A stretch of 64,000 nucleotides of DNA from Octopus bimaculoides (taxonomy: Eukaryota): the NCBI RefSeq assembly GCF_001194135.2, contig NC_068993.1, positions 57,602,308 to 57,666,307 on the forward strand, in the 5' to 3' direction. Positions 1-12,900 of the stretch are shown here, in pieces. Position 1 is the stretch's first letter. Every line of letters begins with the position of its first letter. A model generated the notes under the pieces. The model saw only the letters and a program-made list of their open reading frames with translations, searched no databases and was not told where the DNA came from. Made by a program: the position numbers and the translations under genes.

Positions 1-21
1 AAGCTACTTACCACACAGACA

Positions 22-63
<42 letters not shown>

Positions 64-262
64 GGAAATTGGCATGAAATAGCCATGAAACGCCATTGAT
101 TCGACATATATTTACACTTGTAGCACATTGCACAATATATAAAAAACCTGACGCATAATCAGTACCGAGAACATTTACACTGTATGATCACATTAGTTAA
201 CCAATGACTGTGGAAAAGCTTTGCATAGCAGACTACGTAGTTTTAAACCGAATCCTATTTAA

Positions 263-310
263 CTACACACACACACACACACACACATACACACACACAC
301 ACATACACAT

Positions 311-341
<31 letters not shown>

Positions 342-440
342 CATACATACATACAAATATATATATATACATATATACATACATACACACTCACACACAC
401 ACATATATGTATATACATACAGATATGTATATATCTATAC
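263..440. repeat. (CA)n/(TA)n compound microsatellite
   Basis: Directly visible dinucleotide runs; source of the HT/YI-rich ORFs. Confidence 0.95.
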
Positions 441-1216
441 GTATATGTATGTATATTCATGTTTTTAGAATGATTGCATAGTTTATATTGATGAATGTAT
501 ATAATGATAGTATTCCTGAATAGCGAATGAGAACGATGTACTTTGGAATACGCTTCCAATAAGTTACTTCGTATTTGAATTAAATTTTATGCTAGAACAA
601 TATCATGTAAATTGTTTGTGAATTTGAAGTTGAAAAACACAGTTATGTCCTTGTTTCTTTTGTTATATCCTTAACACTCATTAATTATAAATTATTAATT
701 ATTCTTCCCCCTATTTTTTTTTCTAAACTCATTAACTTCAACCTTTGTCTAGTATCCCACGTCGGGTCTGCGCAAATAATAATTGTTTCCCTTGGCACGT
801 ACATCTTTGATTAATTTAAATTTCAAATTAATTTCACCATTCAAACTGTACTTATACAAACTGAATACATACACAAATATTGAAAAACAGATATCACTCA
901 CATGATTCATCCTCTTCTCGCTCTCTCCTCTTCACGATGCAACTCTCCTCCTTTCGATTGTTCTACATTCTCTTGCACACAATATCTCACTGATTAAAGC
1001 TTCACCACCCCTCAATGATCTCACCTACTTTACTATTTTATTCGAATATTCAGCTTAATACTTCGGTCTTCCGTCGATCAAAACTCCCATGATAACATTT
1101 ACAAAATGAAGTGCTATCTATTTACTCGTATCCTGGATAAACCGAGTTCTATTATGGAAATATGTTATAAGATGTAAGATATTGTTCTGAATGAAAATCA
1201 ATGTTTATACTTACAT

Positions 1217-1652
1217 TGTGTTGGCACTCCGTCGTTTACGACGTCGAGGGTTCCAGTTGATCCGATCAACGGAACAGCCTGCTCGTGAAATTAACGTGCA
1301 AGTGGCTGAGCACTCCACAGACATGTGTACCCTTAACGTAGTTCTCGGGGATATTCAGCGTGACACAGTGTGACAAGGCTGACTCTTTGAATTACAGGTA
1401 CAACAGAAATAGGAAGTAAGAGTGAGAGAAAGTTGCGGTGAAAGAGTACAGCAGGGTTCGCCACCATCCCCTGCCGGAGCTTCGTNNNNNNNNNNNNNNN
1501 NNNNNNNNNNNNNNNNNNNNNNNNNNNNNNNNNNNNNNNNNNNNNNNNNNNNNNNNNNNNNNNNNNNNNNNNNNNNNNNNNNNNNNNNNNNNNNNNNNNN
1601 NNNNNNNNNNNNNNNNNNNCCGCTGCCCTAACCACTGGGCCATTGCGCCTCC
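1217..1652 (-). mobile_element. tRNA-derived SINE, family D (interrupted by gap 1486-1619)
   Basis: Reverse complement of the copy at 31388-31770; head GGAGGCGCAATGGCCCAGTGGTTAGGGCAGCGG at the right end, shared 3' body ...GTGGAGTGCTCAGCCACTTGCACGTTAATTTCACGAGCAGG... Confidence 0.9.
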
Positions 1653-2209
1653 ACACATACGATAGCAAATCGTAAATAAAAGTAATCCTTTTTGCCAAAA
1701 AAAAAAAGTAAAAAAACACAATAGAAAGTTTGTCAATTCGTAAATGATTGCAAAGAAATAGAATAAATACGATTCATAAAGACTACAAGTGATGATGTGC
1801 ATTAGGAAGACAAACTTACAGACATGAAGAGAGAAAAAAAATCTGGAGTTTCGTGGAGAAGAAAATTACTTGCTTTCAACAGGTTTTGAACTCAAAACAA
1901 TGAAGCGAAGCGATAAAATACTATCAACATTTTTGTGTGAGCTTCTATGAATTCAACATTTGACTGTTCTATGTAGGGGAATGAAAATAATTTACGGAAA
2001 TTTAAGATGTTTGTTTTATAAAGATGAATAGGTTGACAAGAAAAGGGCACCAAAGTATACAAAAGACAACTCTTTTTTTGTTTTTGTTTCAAATATGTGA
2101 TGCTTTCAAGAAGCCAGCAAGAAGGCAGGTGGCCTTTCTTGTCAATGAGAGACAACATTAATTCAAGAAGGAAATGACATACATAAAACGGATGCGAAAA
2201 TATACACAA

Positions 2210-2351
2210 AGTTTTATATACATATGTGTGTGTCTGTGTGTGTGTTTGTGTGTGTGAATAAATACACACGTGTGTGTGAATAAATACACGCATATATACG
2301 TACGTATATATGAATATAAACATAAATACATACACCTATATATATATATAG

Positions 2352-2393
<42 letters not shown>

Positions 2394-2770
2394 TTAAAAT
2401 TCATACACAAAACATAAGGACATTGGTGTATAACGTGCTTGATGCATACACCCACGACTACTATGGGAACACATCACTCGTATACTTACACTCAAACCTA
2501 CAGATACAAACGCGCGCATATACGCGCACACATACATACCATACACTTATACATGTGTATATACACACACATGCTCACACAAATATATACATACACATAT
2601 ATATATGTGTGTGTTTGTGTGTGTATTTATATATATATGAATCTATATGTATACATATGTGTGTGTGTACACACACAAATGCAGACACGCATACACACAC
2701 GCATACACACACATATATATGCATATATACATGTATATAAGTATAAATATACACACCTCCATACACGCAC
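2210..2770. repeat. Compound TG/CA/TA microsatellite tract
   Basis: Directly visible. Confidence 0.9.
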
Positions 2771-3249
2771 CACCTTGTATTTACTGTACAATCTGTTCTT
2801 TAAGAAAACATGATTCAAACTTCAAAGAAGCGGAAAAAGCAGATAAATTTGACGTGCCTTGTTTACCTGGCTGGCTGTTGTTTACGTCACCGGAAATAGT
2901 TTGTTCAAATATATACACAAATACGCATACATGCTACAGATATAATACTTACAACGTTTGACATACACACACTGGACACCATGCTTATATATATATCACA
3001 TAAACACTTGTTGACACAGACACACATCTAAACATATACAAATGCATACTTCGATACATACACACATTTACATATACATATAGTTATGCGTATATATACC
3101 GTGTGCCTATTCGTTATATTCAATTATATTCAATGCAATAATACCAATGATTGCTGCTATTGTTCTTTCTGTCTTTGGTTTTTGTTCTTGCTATTGCTTT
3201 CTTTTCAATTTGTATGCTGTTAATCATTCGAGCAATGTCCTATTGAGGT

Positions 3250-3700
3250 TGTAATTTGCCTTTTTGATACTCTGTTTGGCAGATTTAATTCTGCCCTCTA
3301 CACACTCTGAAGTTTCCCCCTTCTAATTCTTAGATCTACTTTCTTGGGTTCCATTCAACACTAAATTTGGACGTCCACATATCAGGAATACATAGTCGCA
3401 ATTATCTGGTGTCCCCTGATTTCTGTTTAAACTTTAATTCTGCCCTCTACACACTCTGAAGTTTCCCTCTTCTAATTCTTAGATGTACTTTCTTGGGTTC
3501 CATTCAACACTAAATTTGGACGTCCACATATCAGGAATACATAGTCGCAATTATCTGGTTTCTCCTGAATTCTGTTTTACCTCTGAGTACCACTAAGTCA
3601 TAAATCGCTCGCACGATTCCTTAGCGATATTGACATTGATGACTGCACCCATTTCTTGAATGTATAGTTTATTACTGAAATTATAAACGGAGGTGGGGGA
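3250..3700 (-). mobile_element. Possible heavily decayed RTE-type LINE 3' region
   Basis: Minus-strand translation ...DMWTSKFSVEWNPRKY... resembles the RTE C-terminal 'D.RWT....EW.PR' pattern; judged by eye; many stops. Confidence 0.3.
3284..3580. repeat. 149-bp direct tandem duplication (2 near-identical copies)
   Basis: TTTAATTCTGCCCTCTACACACTCTGAAG... starts at 3284 and again at 3433; no gap between copies. Confidence 0.95.
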
Positions 3701-4486
3701 TTTCTGCGATATTTTTATGGTTACAGTAACACACACGACCATTTTCTAAACTGAATATGGTTCTCTAGATATTAGATGGATTCTAACTATACATCCCAAT
3801 ATTCTATGGAGGCGGTGCCGTTTTGTACTGCTGAGATAATGAGTATCGTTCTGCATTCTTCAGCTCTTGTAGAGAAAGATCATTTTTCCTCATATCTATT
3901 TAAATATTTCATTTTCGTATGCAAGTTATCAGAGAGGACGCAGTTCGTTGGCTTCAGCCTCACGTTATGCATCACTCTTGCAAATTATTTCTAAATGATT
4001 CTACTGTACAGTAAAATCAATATCGTTATATGGCTATAGTGTTACCATATCCATGTTTCCTATTATGCAACCTTTAAGGTCGTAAGTCTAGTTACAATAA
4101 TTGAGGTCTTCTGTACTATTGCAGATGTGCGGAGACATCTCCACTGGTGGCTGTATGATAATATATAATCGACATCAGAACAATATTAAAATACACAATT
4201 GCAAGTTATCTAATGTATATGCTTATATTCATACATGCGTGCGAATACTTGGATACTTGAATACATTGTATAGATTTGTAAGTAAGTAAGTAAGTAGGTG
4301 TTTGCGGTGTAGTCGTGTGGCTTGAATGTTTGAAGATAAGTATAGATAAGTATTTCTGATGAGATATAACAAGCCAATTATTGCTAGTGGTATCACGCAT
4401 GGATAGCTGGAATAAAAATGAATGACAAGCCACAAAACACTTGATAGAACGAGAAGATAGTTGCATCACGACCAAACCACTACAGC

Positions 4487-4517
<31 letters not shown>

Positions 4518-5389
4518 GCAACAATAACTACAGCGACAAATAAATACACAACATTATGTGTATGTACATGTATGTGGTTGCGTGTTTGTAAGTCTATGTG
4601 TGTATGTGTGTTTAGATACTTACAGGAATATATGTCAGCGAGTAATGAAGCCTGACGTTCAAAATACAACTCAATAAAACACAGACACACACAGACACAT
4701 AAGCAGACACACACACACACACACACACACGTACACATACACACGTACACACACACGTACACATACACAAACACACACACAAGCACACATACATTCGCAC
4801 ACACACACAAACACACACACATATCCACACACACGCACGCGCGCACAAATGCACACTTATGTATAAATACCATTATATACACAAGCACACACGGCACTAA
4901 CGTTTCCTCCTCTACCACCGCTCCGAGCAGCACCATCGCCGCCACCATCACCACCACCATCGCCGCCAACATCACCACTAGAATCCCAATTAAACGTTTC
5001 GCGTACACACATTCATACACATAAGGTAAACACAAATAAGTGAACATGACGAACATTTACTGTTAGATTCCGCCATGTGGCAACCTTCAACTGAAAAGAA
5101 TTAGCTCCGATAATGTGAATACGGGCTGCACCTTCATCGATAAGGATCACATGCTGTTAGACAGACCATTGACAAATCAATTAATCAATTGATTAATTAA
5201 CTTAGTCATTAGCTAATTAATTGGTGATAAAACGGAAGTAAAATACAACGCGTGCGTGTGTTATAATTAGAAACATGACGATTTCAGCGTACAGCACTAT
5301 CTACTTCAGCACACGATTTCACACCAGGAGTCTTGCAAAACAAAGGCAATAACAACAACAATAACGATAGCAACAACAACAACAATGAA

Positions 5390-5560
5390 ATTAATACTGA
5401 TTTCAAGATTTGGCACAAGGCCAGCAATTTCAAAGGGAGCGGGTAAATCGATTATGTCGCCGCCAGTGAGCAACTGTTATTTAATCGTATTTTCTCGTTT
5501 CCGAACGGATGAAAGCAAAGTCGACCTCGGCGGATTTTGATGTCAAAACATAAAGACGGA
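5390..5560 (-). mobile_element. SINE family C, degenerate
   Basis: GGCACAAGGCC...GGATGAAAGCAAAGTCGACCTCGGCGGATTTTGA matches the reverse complement of the copies at 35604 and 60406. Confidence 0.75.
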
Positions 5561-5580
5561 GGAAATGTTTACTCGTCGAC

Positions 5581-5634
<54 letters not shown>

Positions 5635-5715
5635 GTAATAACAACAAAAACAACAACAACAACAACAACAACAATAATAATAATAATAACAATAACAAAA
5701 AAAAAATAATAATAG
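5581..5715. repeat. (AAT)n/(AAC)n microsatellite
   Basis: Directly visible. Confidence 0.95.
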
Positions 5716-5716
5716 C

Positions 5717-5990
5717 AAAACACTTTCAATACAGTAAACATAAGAGCACCACAGCAAACCACAGCACATACCCAAGGCGCACAGAGCTGCGCTCGGTAGT
5801 GAAGTGAAAGCACGTTATAAAAATAAAACTACTGAACGATAATAATAATAATTATAATATTCATACGCAAAGCACTTTCAATACAGTAACCATAAGAACA
5901 TCACAGCAAACTACAGCACACACCTAAGGCATACAGACCTGCGCTCGGTAGTGAAGTGAAAGAACGTTATAAAACTACTGAATAATAATA
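5717..5990 (+). mobile_element. Two tandem 5'-truncated R4/Dong-like LINE 3' ends in (TAA)n
   Basis: Two copies with ~152-bp period; each starts with KTLSIQ* or IRKALSIQ* (like the R4/Dong ORF end 'ILRK.LSI*'), then a shared 3' UTR ending AAAACTACTGAA followed by TAA repeats. Confidence 0.55.
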
Positions 5991-6652
5991 TTTTTTTTTA
6001 CTAGTTTATTTTGTCTCTTTGTCTTCTCTCCTGGTACTGTATGACCATTTAATGTAGTTTTAGAGTCAAGTTTTGGCTGCTAGATCTAGCACGGTGATAT
6101 CTCTTAGATACCCTAAATTATAATTATATATATATATATATATATANNNNNNNNNNNNNNNNNNNNNNNNNNNNNNNNNNNNNNNNNNNNNNNNNNNNNN
6201 NNNNNNNNNNNNNNNNNNNNNNNNNNNNNNNNNNNNNNNNNNNNNNNNNNNNNNNNNNNNNNNNNNNNNNNNNNNNNNNNNNNNNNNNNNNNNNNNNNNN
6301 NNNNNNNNNNNNNNNNNNNNNNNNNNNNNNNNNNNNNNNNNNNNNNNNNNNNNNNNNNNNNNNNNNNNNNNNNNNNNNNNNNNNNNNNNNNNNNNNNNNN
6401 NNNNNNNNNNNNNNNNNNNNNNNNNNNNNNNNNNNNNNNNNNNNNNNNNNNNNNNNNNNNNNNNNNNNNNNNNNNNNNNNNNNNNNNNNNNNNNNNNNNN
6501 NNNNNNNNNNNNNNNNNNNNNNNNNNNNNNNNNNNNNNNNNNNNNNNNNNNNNNNNNNNNNNNNNNNNNNNNNNNNNNNNNNNNNNNNNNNNNNNNNNNN
6601 NNNNNNNNNNNNNNNNNNNNNNNNNNNNNNNNNNNNNNNNNNNNNNNNNNNA

Positions 6653-6708
<56 letters not shown>

Positions 6709-7173
6709 TCTGAGATGACGTGAACATGTTAGTCTGAAAGATTTTCATTCTACCCAGAAGATGGTGTGTTACCTCCTCATTCATATTGACCCAGAAAACC
6801 GAAGTAAGCCGAGTCTCTCGAGAAAGTATCTGAAAGTGATATATTTATCATCTGCTCTTTTATCATACATTATATTCCTCACGTTATTAGTCATTCCTCT
6901 CTTTCAATCTATCCCTTTATCACTCCATCATCTTGCTCCTGCCCCTCTCTCTCTACCATACATTCTTAGTCTTTCACACATATTTCTTTCACGTTCTATT
7001 AGACTTTATAGTCACGTGCCCACCATCCTTCAGCACACGAATACAAACAAAAGTACATACATACGGACCGGAGAGATTCACAGTGGTTGTTCGACCTATT
7101 AGGAACAGCAACTAAATTTCCCCACCAATTAAGCTTGCCGTATTAAGTAAGGAAACGATACATGAGACATTGT

Positions 7174-7396
7174 ACAGTTATATATTTAAGAGATGAGGAA
7201 TTATGTACATTATTTACGTTATTTACATTTGATGGATATTTCGCCTCATCTTGTTTGTTAACCCAACGTTTCGTCTGATATAGCCTCCAACCTTCATCAG
7301 CTTTATCTTCTTCTTCTTCTTCTTCTTCTTCTTCTTCTTCTTCTTCTTCTTCTTCTTCTTCTTCTTCTTCTTCTTCTTCTTCTTCTNNNNNNNNNN

Positions 7397-7431
<35 letters not shown>

Positions 7432-7500
7432 GTTATTATTATTCAAGTCACTGCCTGGAATCGAACTCGGAATCTTGGGGTTGGTAACCCACGCTGTTAA
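7174..7500 (-). mobile_element. SINE family F: tRNA head, (AAT)n/(GAA)n, hammerhead-like motif, tail (10-N gap inside)
   Basis: B box GAGTTCGATTCCA on minus at 7456-7468; head matches the plus copy at 7650; head-to-tail linkage crosses microsatellites and a gap. Confidence 0.65.
7262..7300 (-). ncRNA. Degenerate minimal type-I hammerhead ribozyme motif (Penelope type)
   Basis: Minus strand: CTGATGA-A-GGTTG-GAGGCTATAT-CAGAC-GAAA-CG-T-T; palindromic AACGTT helix III; helix II has one mismatch; helix I not formed. Confidence 0.55.
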
Positions 7501-7649
7501 GAAGCAACACATATGCTAGGATACAACAACTTCCTAAGCAGACCGAGTGCAGATATGAATAGCATATGGGAGCCGGTATTAATGACGGAAAGGAGAATTT
7601 TAGATTTGTAAGCCCTAAAATTCACTCCAGAATTGCCCACGGACATATC

Positions 7650-7780
7650 GCATAGTGGTTATGAGCGCGGGTCAATAAACCTAAGATTCCGAGTTCGATT
7701 TAAGGCTGTGACCTGAACAACAACAACAACAATAATAATAATAATAATAATAACTTAGAAAAAAAACCTTAGGAATGAGA
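7650..7780 (+). mobile_element. SINE family F, 3'-truncated copy
   Basis: GCATAGTGGTTATGAGCGCGGG...AAGATTCCGAGTTCGATT...GTGACCTGAA then (AAC)/(AAT)n; inverted relative to 7441-7500. Confidence 0.75.
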
Positions 7781-8199
7781 ATTTTGTTCTCAACTATTTA
7801 CTCTTGTTGAGCGAGATGAGCTTTCTGGAAGAGCAACTGAACACGGCCAGAAGCGAATTATTTCACGAGTGAGAAGATTGCACAAAGTGCATTTCTTTTG
7901 GGTTTTTTTTAAAATCCTTATAAAATATGTTTTCCCTTAGATAGGTATATAGTACTTAACGAGTTGCTTAAGATGTATTTGAAACAAATAATTTGTCTTC
8001 TCGTTTATTTAAGATAAAGAACCAGAGGTATTTTGCTATTTCTAATATGTAGAAAACCTACATATTGATCCTCTTGTTTGCTGTTTTGAAGAGTAGTCAA
8101 TGTTTGTGACAATATAACCCATAAGTTCAAACATTCATATACCTGCTAGATGTATATCAGTACATGAACACTATCTTAATTTTGTTTCAGAAATATAAC

Positions 8200-8640
8200 A
8201 TTATTATTGCTATTGCATTTAACATTTACAAAAATTCTTCTCTAAGTGCATTAACGTCACTTAACCATTATCTAAATTATTGGGAGCGATTCCAGGCTCT
8301 CAAATTCCTCAACTTCGTACAACAATGAAGACAGCCATATACGTCATGATTTGCATCTGGAAGATTTTGCAGGTCAATCTACTGAATTTAGTTATAAACT
8401 ATCAGTTTTAAAGAAGAGAGCAAGGAGAAAATGTCAGTTGCCAACGTCTTCATTAGCTGACAATCGAGTGAGAAGATAATATTACACTATATTACAATAG
8501 TCCTCTCTTCACAAGATGCGGTTTATTTGATTCCTTACGTAAAGAAGTCAGGAAATTGACAAAGGGCCTGGTTGAATATTTTGAACAACACATGGGCAAG
8601 GTTAATTCCCCATCATCAGTCTTTCTTAGAACTTTCGTCT
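8200..8640 (+). mobile_element. Old CR1-clade LINE 3' fragment
   Basis: Frameshifted pieces LNYWERFQAL / YVMICIWKILQ / GLFDSLRKEVRKLTK align by eye to the intact CR1 end at 20225 (NYRERLKAL / YVIIYIWKILE / QLFNALPKHLRDM). Confidence 0.6.
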
Positions 8641-9044
8641 CAAATAGGTCAACAACAGTGTCGAAGATCCTCAGGCAAATCGCTCATACATCAACTACAC
8701 ACATACACATACAGACACATAAACAAACACCTACATACTCATACACGGGCGCGGGAACTCACACACAGTGTTATGAGCTGATATAAGCATATGTATCATC
8801 TGCGCTTATACGTCATATCAATACATTCATATACAATCCTACACTGATATATATGGATAGAGACTAGGGGAGAGAGAATGAGAAGCGCAGCGTTAGGATG
8901 ATATGGACGAGACAGATATGGGAAACTCTGTTTTTAAAACAGGTTTATTTTTGGAGGATAGAAAATAGTTTAATTCATTGTCTAGTGAAATCCGGAATGT
9001 GTCGATGTTTTAAAAATCACCTGGAGATATATACCCTTCCGTAG

Positions 9045-9180
9045 TTCGGACCAGCCATTTATCTGTATGCTATAATTCGAAATGAGGTGGTTGAGCGAGT
9101 CTGTTTAGAGGCTGAGAATTTAGCACAGATGATCGGATATTCTAAACTGTCTTTGGTGATAGTACATTTTGGCACTGGAG
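9045..9180 (+). mobile_element. Decayed CR1/L2 reverse-transcriptase fragment (YADD region)
   Basis: FGPAIYLYAIIRNE..ERVCLEAENLAQM..SKLSLVIVHFG resembles FADDTKLY.II....DRL..WA..WQM.FN.SKCKV.HFG. Confidence 0.5.
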
Positions 9181-9358
9181 GTAAACACATGCACGCGAAT
9201 GGAAACACGCGTAAGACTATACAGGCATAAATAGAGAAAATAAGAAAGAAATATTGAGTGAGAAGGAAAGAGAGAGAGAGAGAGAAAGAGAGAGACTAAA
9301 TTTATTAATTGATCACGATTAACATTAACATTACTCCTGTCAAACACAGAGCTATGCT

Positions 9359-9395
<37 letters not shown>

Positions 9396-10489
9396 GGACA
9401 CATACATACATGCACACATACATACATACATACATACATACACACATACACACATACATACATACATACATACATACATACATACATACATACAGAGAGA
9501 GAGAGAGAAAGAAAGCGGTGGAGAGAACGAGAGAAGCATTAGACAGGAGAAACAGTATAATGTCTGATGACAAATATAGCAGCGTCGAATCAGTGATGGC
9601 AAACTGTCGGCGGTGAAACGGCTGTAGCAAAAAAGAACTCATATCCAATAAAACTAGTACAAAAACTCCGCCATTAATTTAGTGTTTCAATAAATACAAG
9701 CAAATAAACACATTACGAAACCAGAAACACGAACTTCAGGTTTCTCTCGATAATGTTCCCGAGGGGTTTCAAATCCCAATAACAAATAAAAACGAAGAAA
9801 TTCAAAACCAAAAGAGCCATATTTTTCTTGTTCCTCTGGTAGTTAAGTGACTGGCAAAGCGCTAGCTTCTTATCCATGAGAGAAGATAGAGTTTGTTAAA
9901 TACAGCTTTATGGAATATTATTATCCGTTAAATAATTAATTTACTTCCAGCCACGTTCCAGTCGCTCTATGAGATATCTTGTCTCGGTAATTTACTGTGA
10001 CTAATTGACAAAGCATTTGTTCATTATATGGTTAAAATTGCGCATAAATCTCGTTGTAACTCAATCTATGGGGAAATTATCGATTGTTTTACATTGAATT
10101 TAACATATTTGAATTGGCTTAGGTCTTAAGCCACTGTAGCCGGTCTACCAGAACACTTCATTTGACACTTTGAGTGATTAAATCATAAAAATATCGGTTA
10201 TATTTAATTATATTTTGACATTTTTTGTTTTTGGTATTTTCTTCTCTTTTGTTAAGCGTTTAAAAATCATGCATAAATATGCTTCGTAATTAATTTTATG
10301 TGAACATAACCCAAATTCCTATTATTAAATTCGTTTGATTTTGTTTTATTCGTTTATATGAACTGAAGGGTCTATTAAAAATTAATTAATTATATCTGAA
10401 TTTTGATGAGAGTATTAGAAAGACGCTCTGGCTACCTACTCCGACATTTCTGATACGAAACAGAAATTATTTAGTTTAGATTAACAATA

Positions 10490-10640
10490 ATAATCTTCAT
10501 ATGTTAGCATCGCATTCTGAGGAAATTGTTTCGTGGGCTTTGGCACATGTTTCCATCAACAATACTTCAATTTCCTGTTCTATATCAAACCATATTTCTC
10601 GCCATAAGGTTATAATATCATCTTGTGTACGAATGTATAC
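10490..10640 (-). mobile_element. Possible decayed R4/Dong- or RTE-type RT fragment
   Basis: Minus ...QDDIITLWR...LLMETCAKA resembles MDDIKLYAR...FG.EKCAKA. Confidence 0.35.
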
Positions 10641-10870
10641 TTCAATTCATGGATTCACCACTGTACTGCTTTTGAGTTATCTACCCTAAGAGAAGGAGAG
10701 AAAGAGGGAGAGGGAGAGAGTAACATACACATGCAAACATACACACACACACATACACGTATATATGCGTGTATGTGTATGTTTGTATGTATGTATGTAT
10801 ATATGTATGTGTATATGTATGTATGTATGTATAGATAGATAGATGTGTACTTAAATATATTGCATATATA

Positions 10871-11100
10871 CTTGGGGCCAGAAGTTTGGAATAATCTTTT
10901 AATATTTAAAATTATGCCTATGTACGATTCGATTCAAATATATACAATGTAGAGAGATATTTACCTGATAATTTTCAGACATTTGTTACGAGCTTTTTGG
11001 CCCAGTAATAATATATTTGAAATTAAACATTACTTTGGCGGCAATTCGTATAAACATTCTAATTTTCCAGACTAATGTACCAAACTTTTAGGCACGACTG
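10871..11100. mobile_element. Degenerate Tc1-like MITE
   Basis: TA-flanked; left CTTGGGGCCAGAAGTTTGGAATA vs reverse complement of right end CAGTCGTGCCTAAAAGTTTGGTACA (partial TIR match). Confidence 0.4.
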
Positions 11101-11837
11101 TACATACATATTAATATATACATGTTTATACAAACATACGCAAATATTAACGCTTTGATGTTCAGACAGGCACACACATATGTATATATAAAATTCTATC
11201 TACCTGAGTTACTATTTGGAATAACTTGACCCTGGTTGCCTACATACGTATAATAAGTGCGTGTGTGTGAGTATGAATAATTAAATAAATAAATCCTACT
11301 TATAGTGGTTTCCTTTAACATTTAGTTTTATATGGGACGTTATTATGCTGAGGACTGATTTAAGAGGTCTTCTGAACGGGTTTTAGTTAGGATTCTAAAT
11401 GGTTAATTAGCGTAAGTATCACCGCTTTTGATATTGAGTCGTAGTGGTCATTGAGTGTAAAGTAAGTTTTTATGATTATTTAATTAGCTTTGTATAGAAA
11501 TGCTGAGAATGATGATGTCGATGATGATCACGGTGATCATCTTGATGTCGATGGTGATAGGCAATAATGATCATAATTAATATAGAGAATGGAGTAGATG
11601 TTGCTGGTAATAACACTGGTGGGAGTAGAGTTAGGTTGGTGGCGATGTCAACAAGGAGAAGTATTGTGAGGCCGTGATAACAATTAAATAGACAGAAGAT
11701 TGTCACCTGAATCAGGTGTAAAACCATAGATTAGTTCGGTAAAAATTGATGAGCTAAAAACGGAGATGATAACATGACTGTCTGTATATGCGTTTCTTTT
11801 CTTGCTGCTGGTGTTATCACTGTTGATGCTGTTATTG

Positions 11838-11901
<64 letters not shown>

Positions 11902-11935
11902 CATTATTATTATTATTTTTATTATTATTATCATC
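11838..11935. repeat. (ATT)n microsatellite
   Basis: Directly visible. Confidence 0.95.
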
Positions 11936-12169
11936 ACTCTTGCTTTTGTTTTAGCATTTGTTAAATTCATTACAATAAAGAACGTGTCATTTAAATATTC
12001 TTGAAGTAAAATACAACACATACGAACTGATGAGCAGAAGAAGAATGAAACACAGTGGTGATGGTGGTGGTGGGGGTAGAGAGAAAAAAGTGGGGAAGCA
12101 AGCACAAATGCAACAATTACATACGAATTCTAATAAGCACCTACACATCGACACGGGAAATAGACGCAC

Positions 12170-12900
12170 CCACGCACAAATACACACATACACACATACG
12201 TACATGCATGCATACATACATGCATATATACTAATATCCATTCATGCATACATACATGCGTACATACACATATACATACGTACATACGTACTTACATACA
12301 TATATACATACATACATGCATACGTACTTACATACACGCATACGAACTTATATACGTGCATGCACACATACTTAGATACAAACATACATATATACATACA
12401 TGCTTTCATGCATTGATACATACATGCATACCTACACACATACATACATGCATACATACATACATACACACATACATTCATTCATACATACATGCATACG
12501 TACTTACACACATCCATTCATTCATATATATGCATACGTACACACATACATTCACTGATAAATGCATGTATACATACATACATACACACATACATTCATT
12601 CATACATACGTGCATACATACACACATACATTCGTTGATACATACATACATACATACATGCATGCATACATACACACATACATTCATTCGTGCATACATG
12701 AATTCATACATATATGCATTNNNNNNNNNNGTGCATACATACACACATACATTCGTTGATACATACATACATACATACATACATACATGCATACCTACAC
12801 ACATACATTCATTCGTGCATACATGAATTCATACATATATGCATTCATGCATACATACATACATACATACATACATACATACATACATGCATACATATTT
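12170..12900. repeat. Complex (CATA)n-based satellite with longer recurring units
   Basis: Recurring CATACATACACACATACATTCATTC blocks; 10-N gap at 12721-12730 with duplicated flanks. Confidence 0.9.

Noticed and set aside
9045-9180. Plus-strand exon candidate (CCTTCCGTAG acceptor, G/GTAAAC donor, open frame)
   Set aside because: Translation is better explained as a decayed CR1 RT segment
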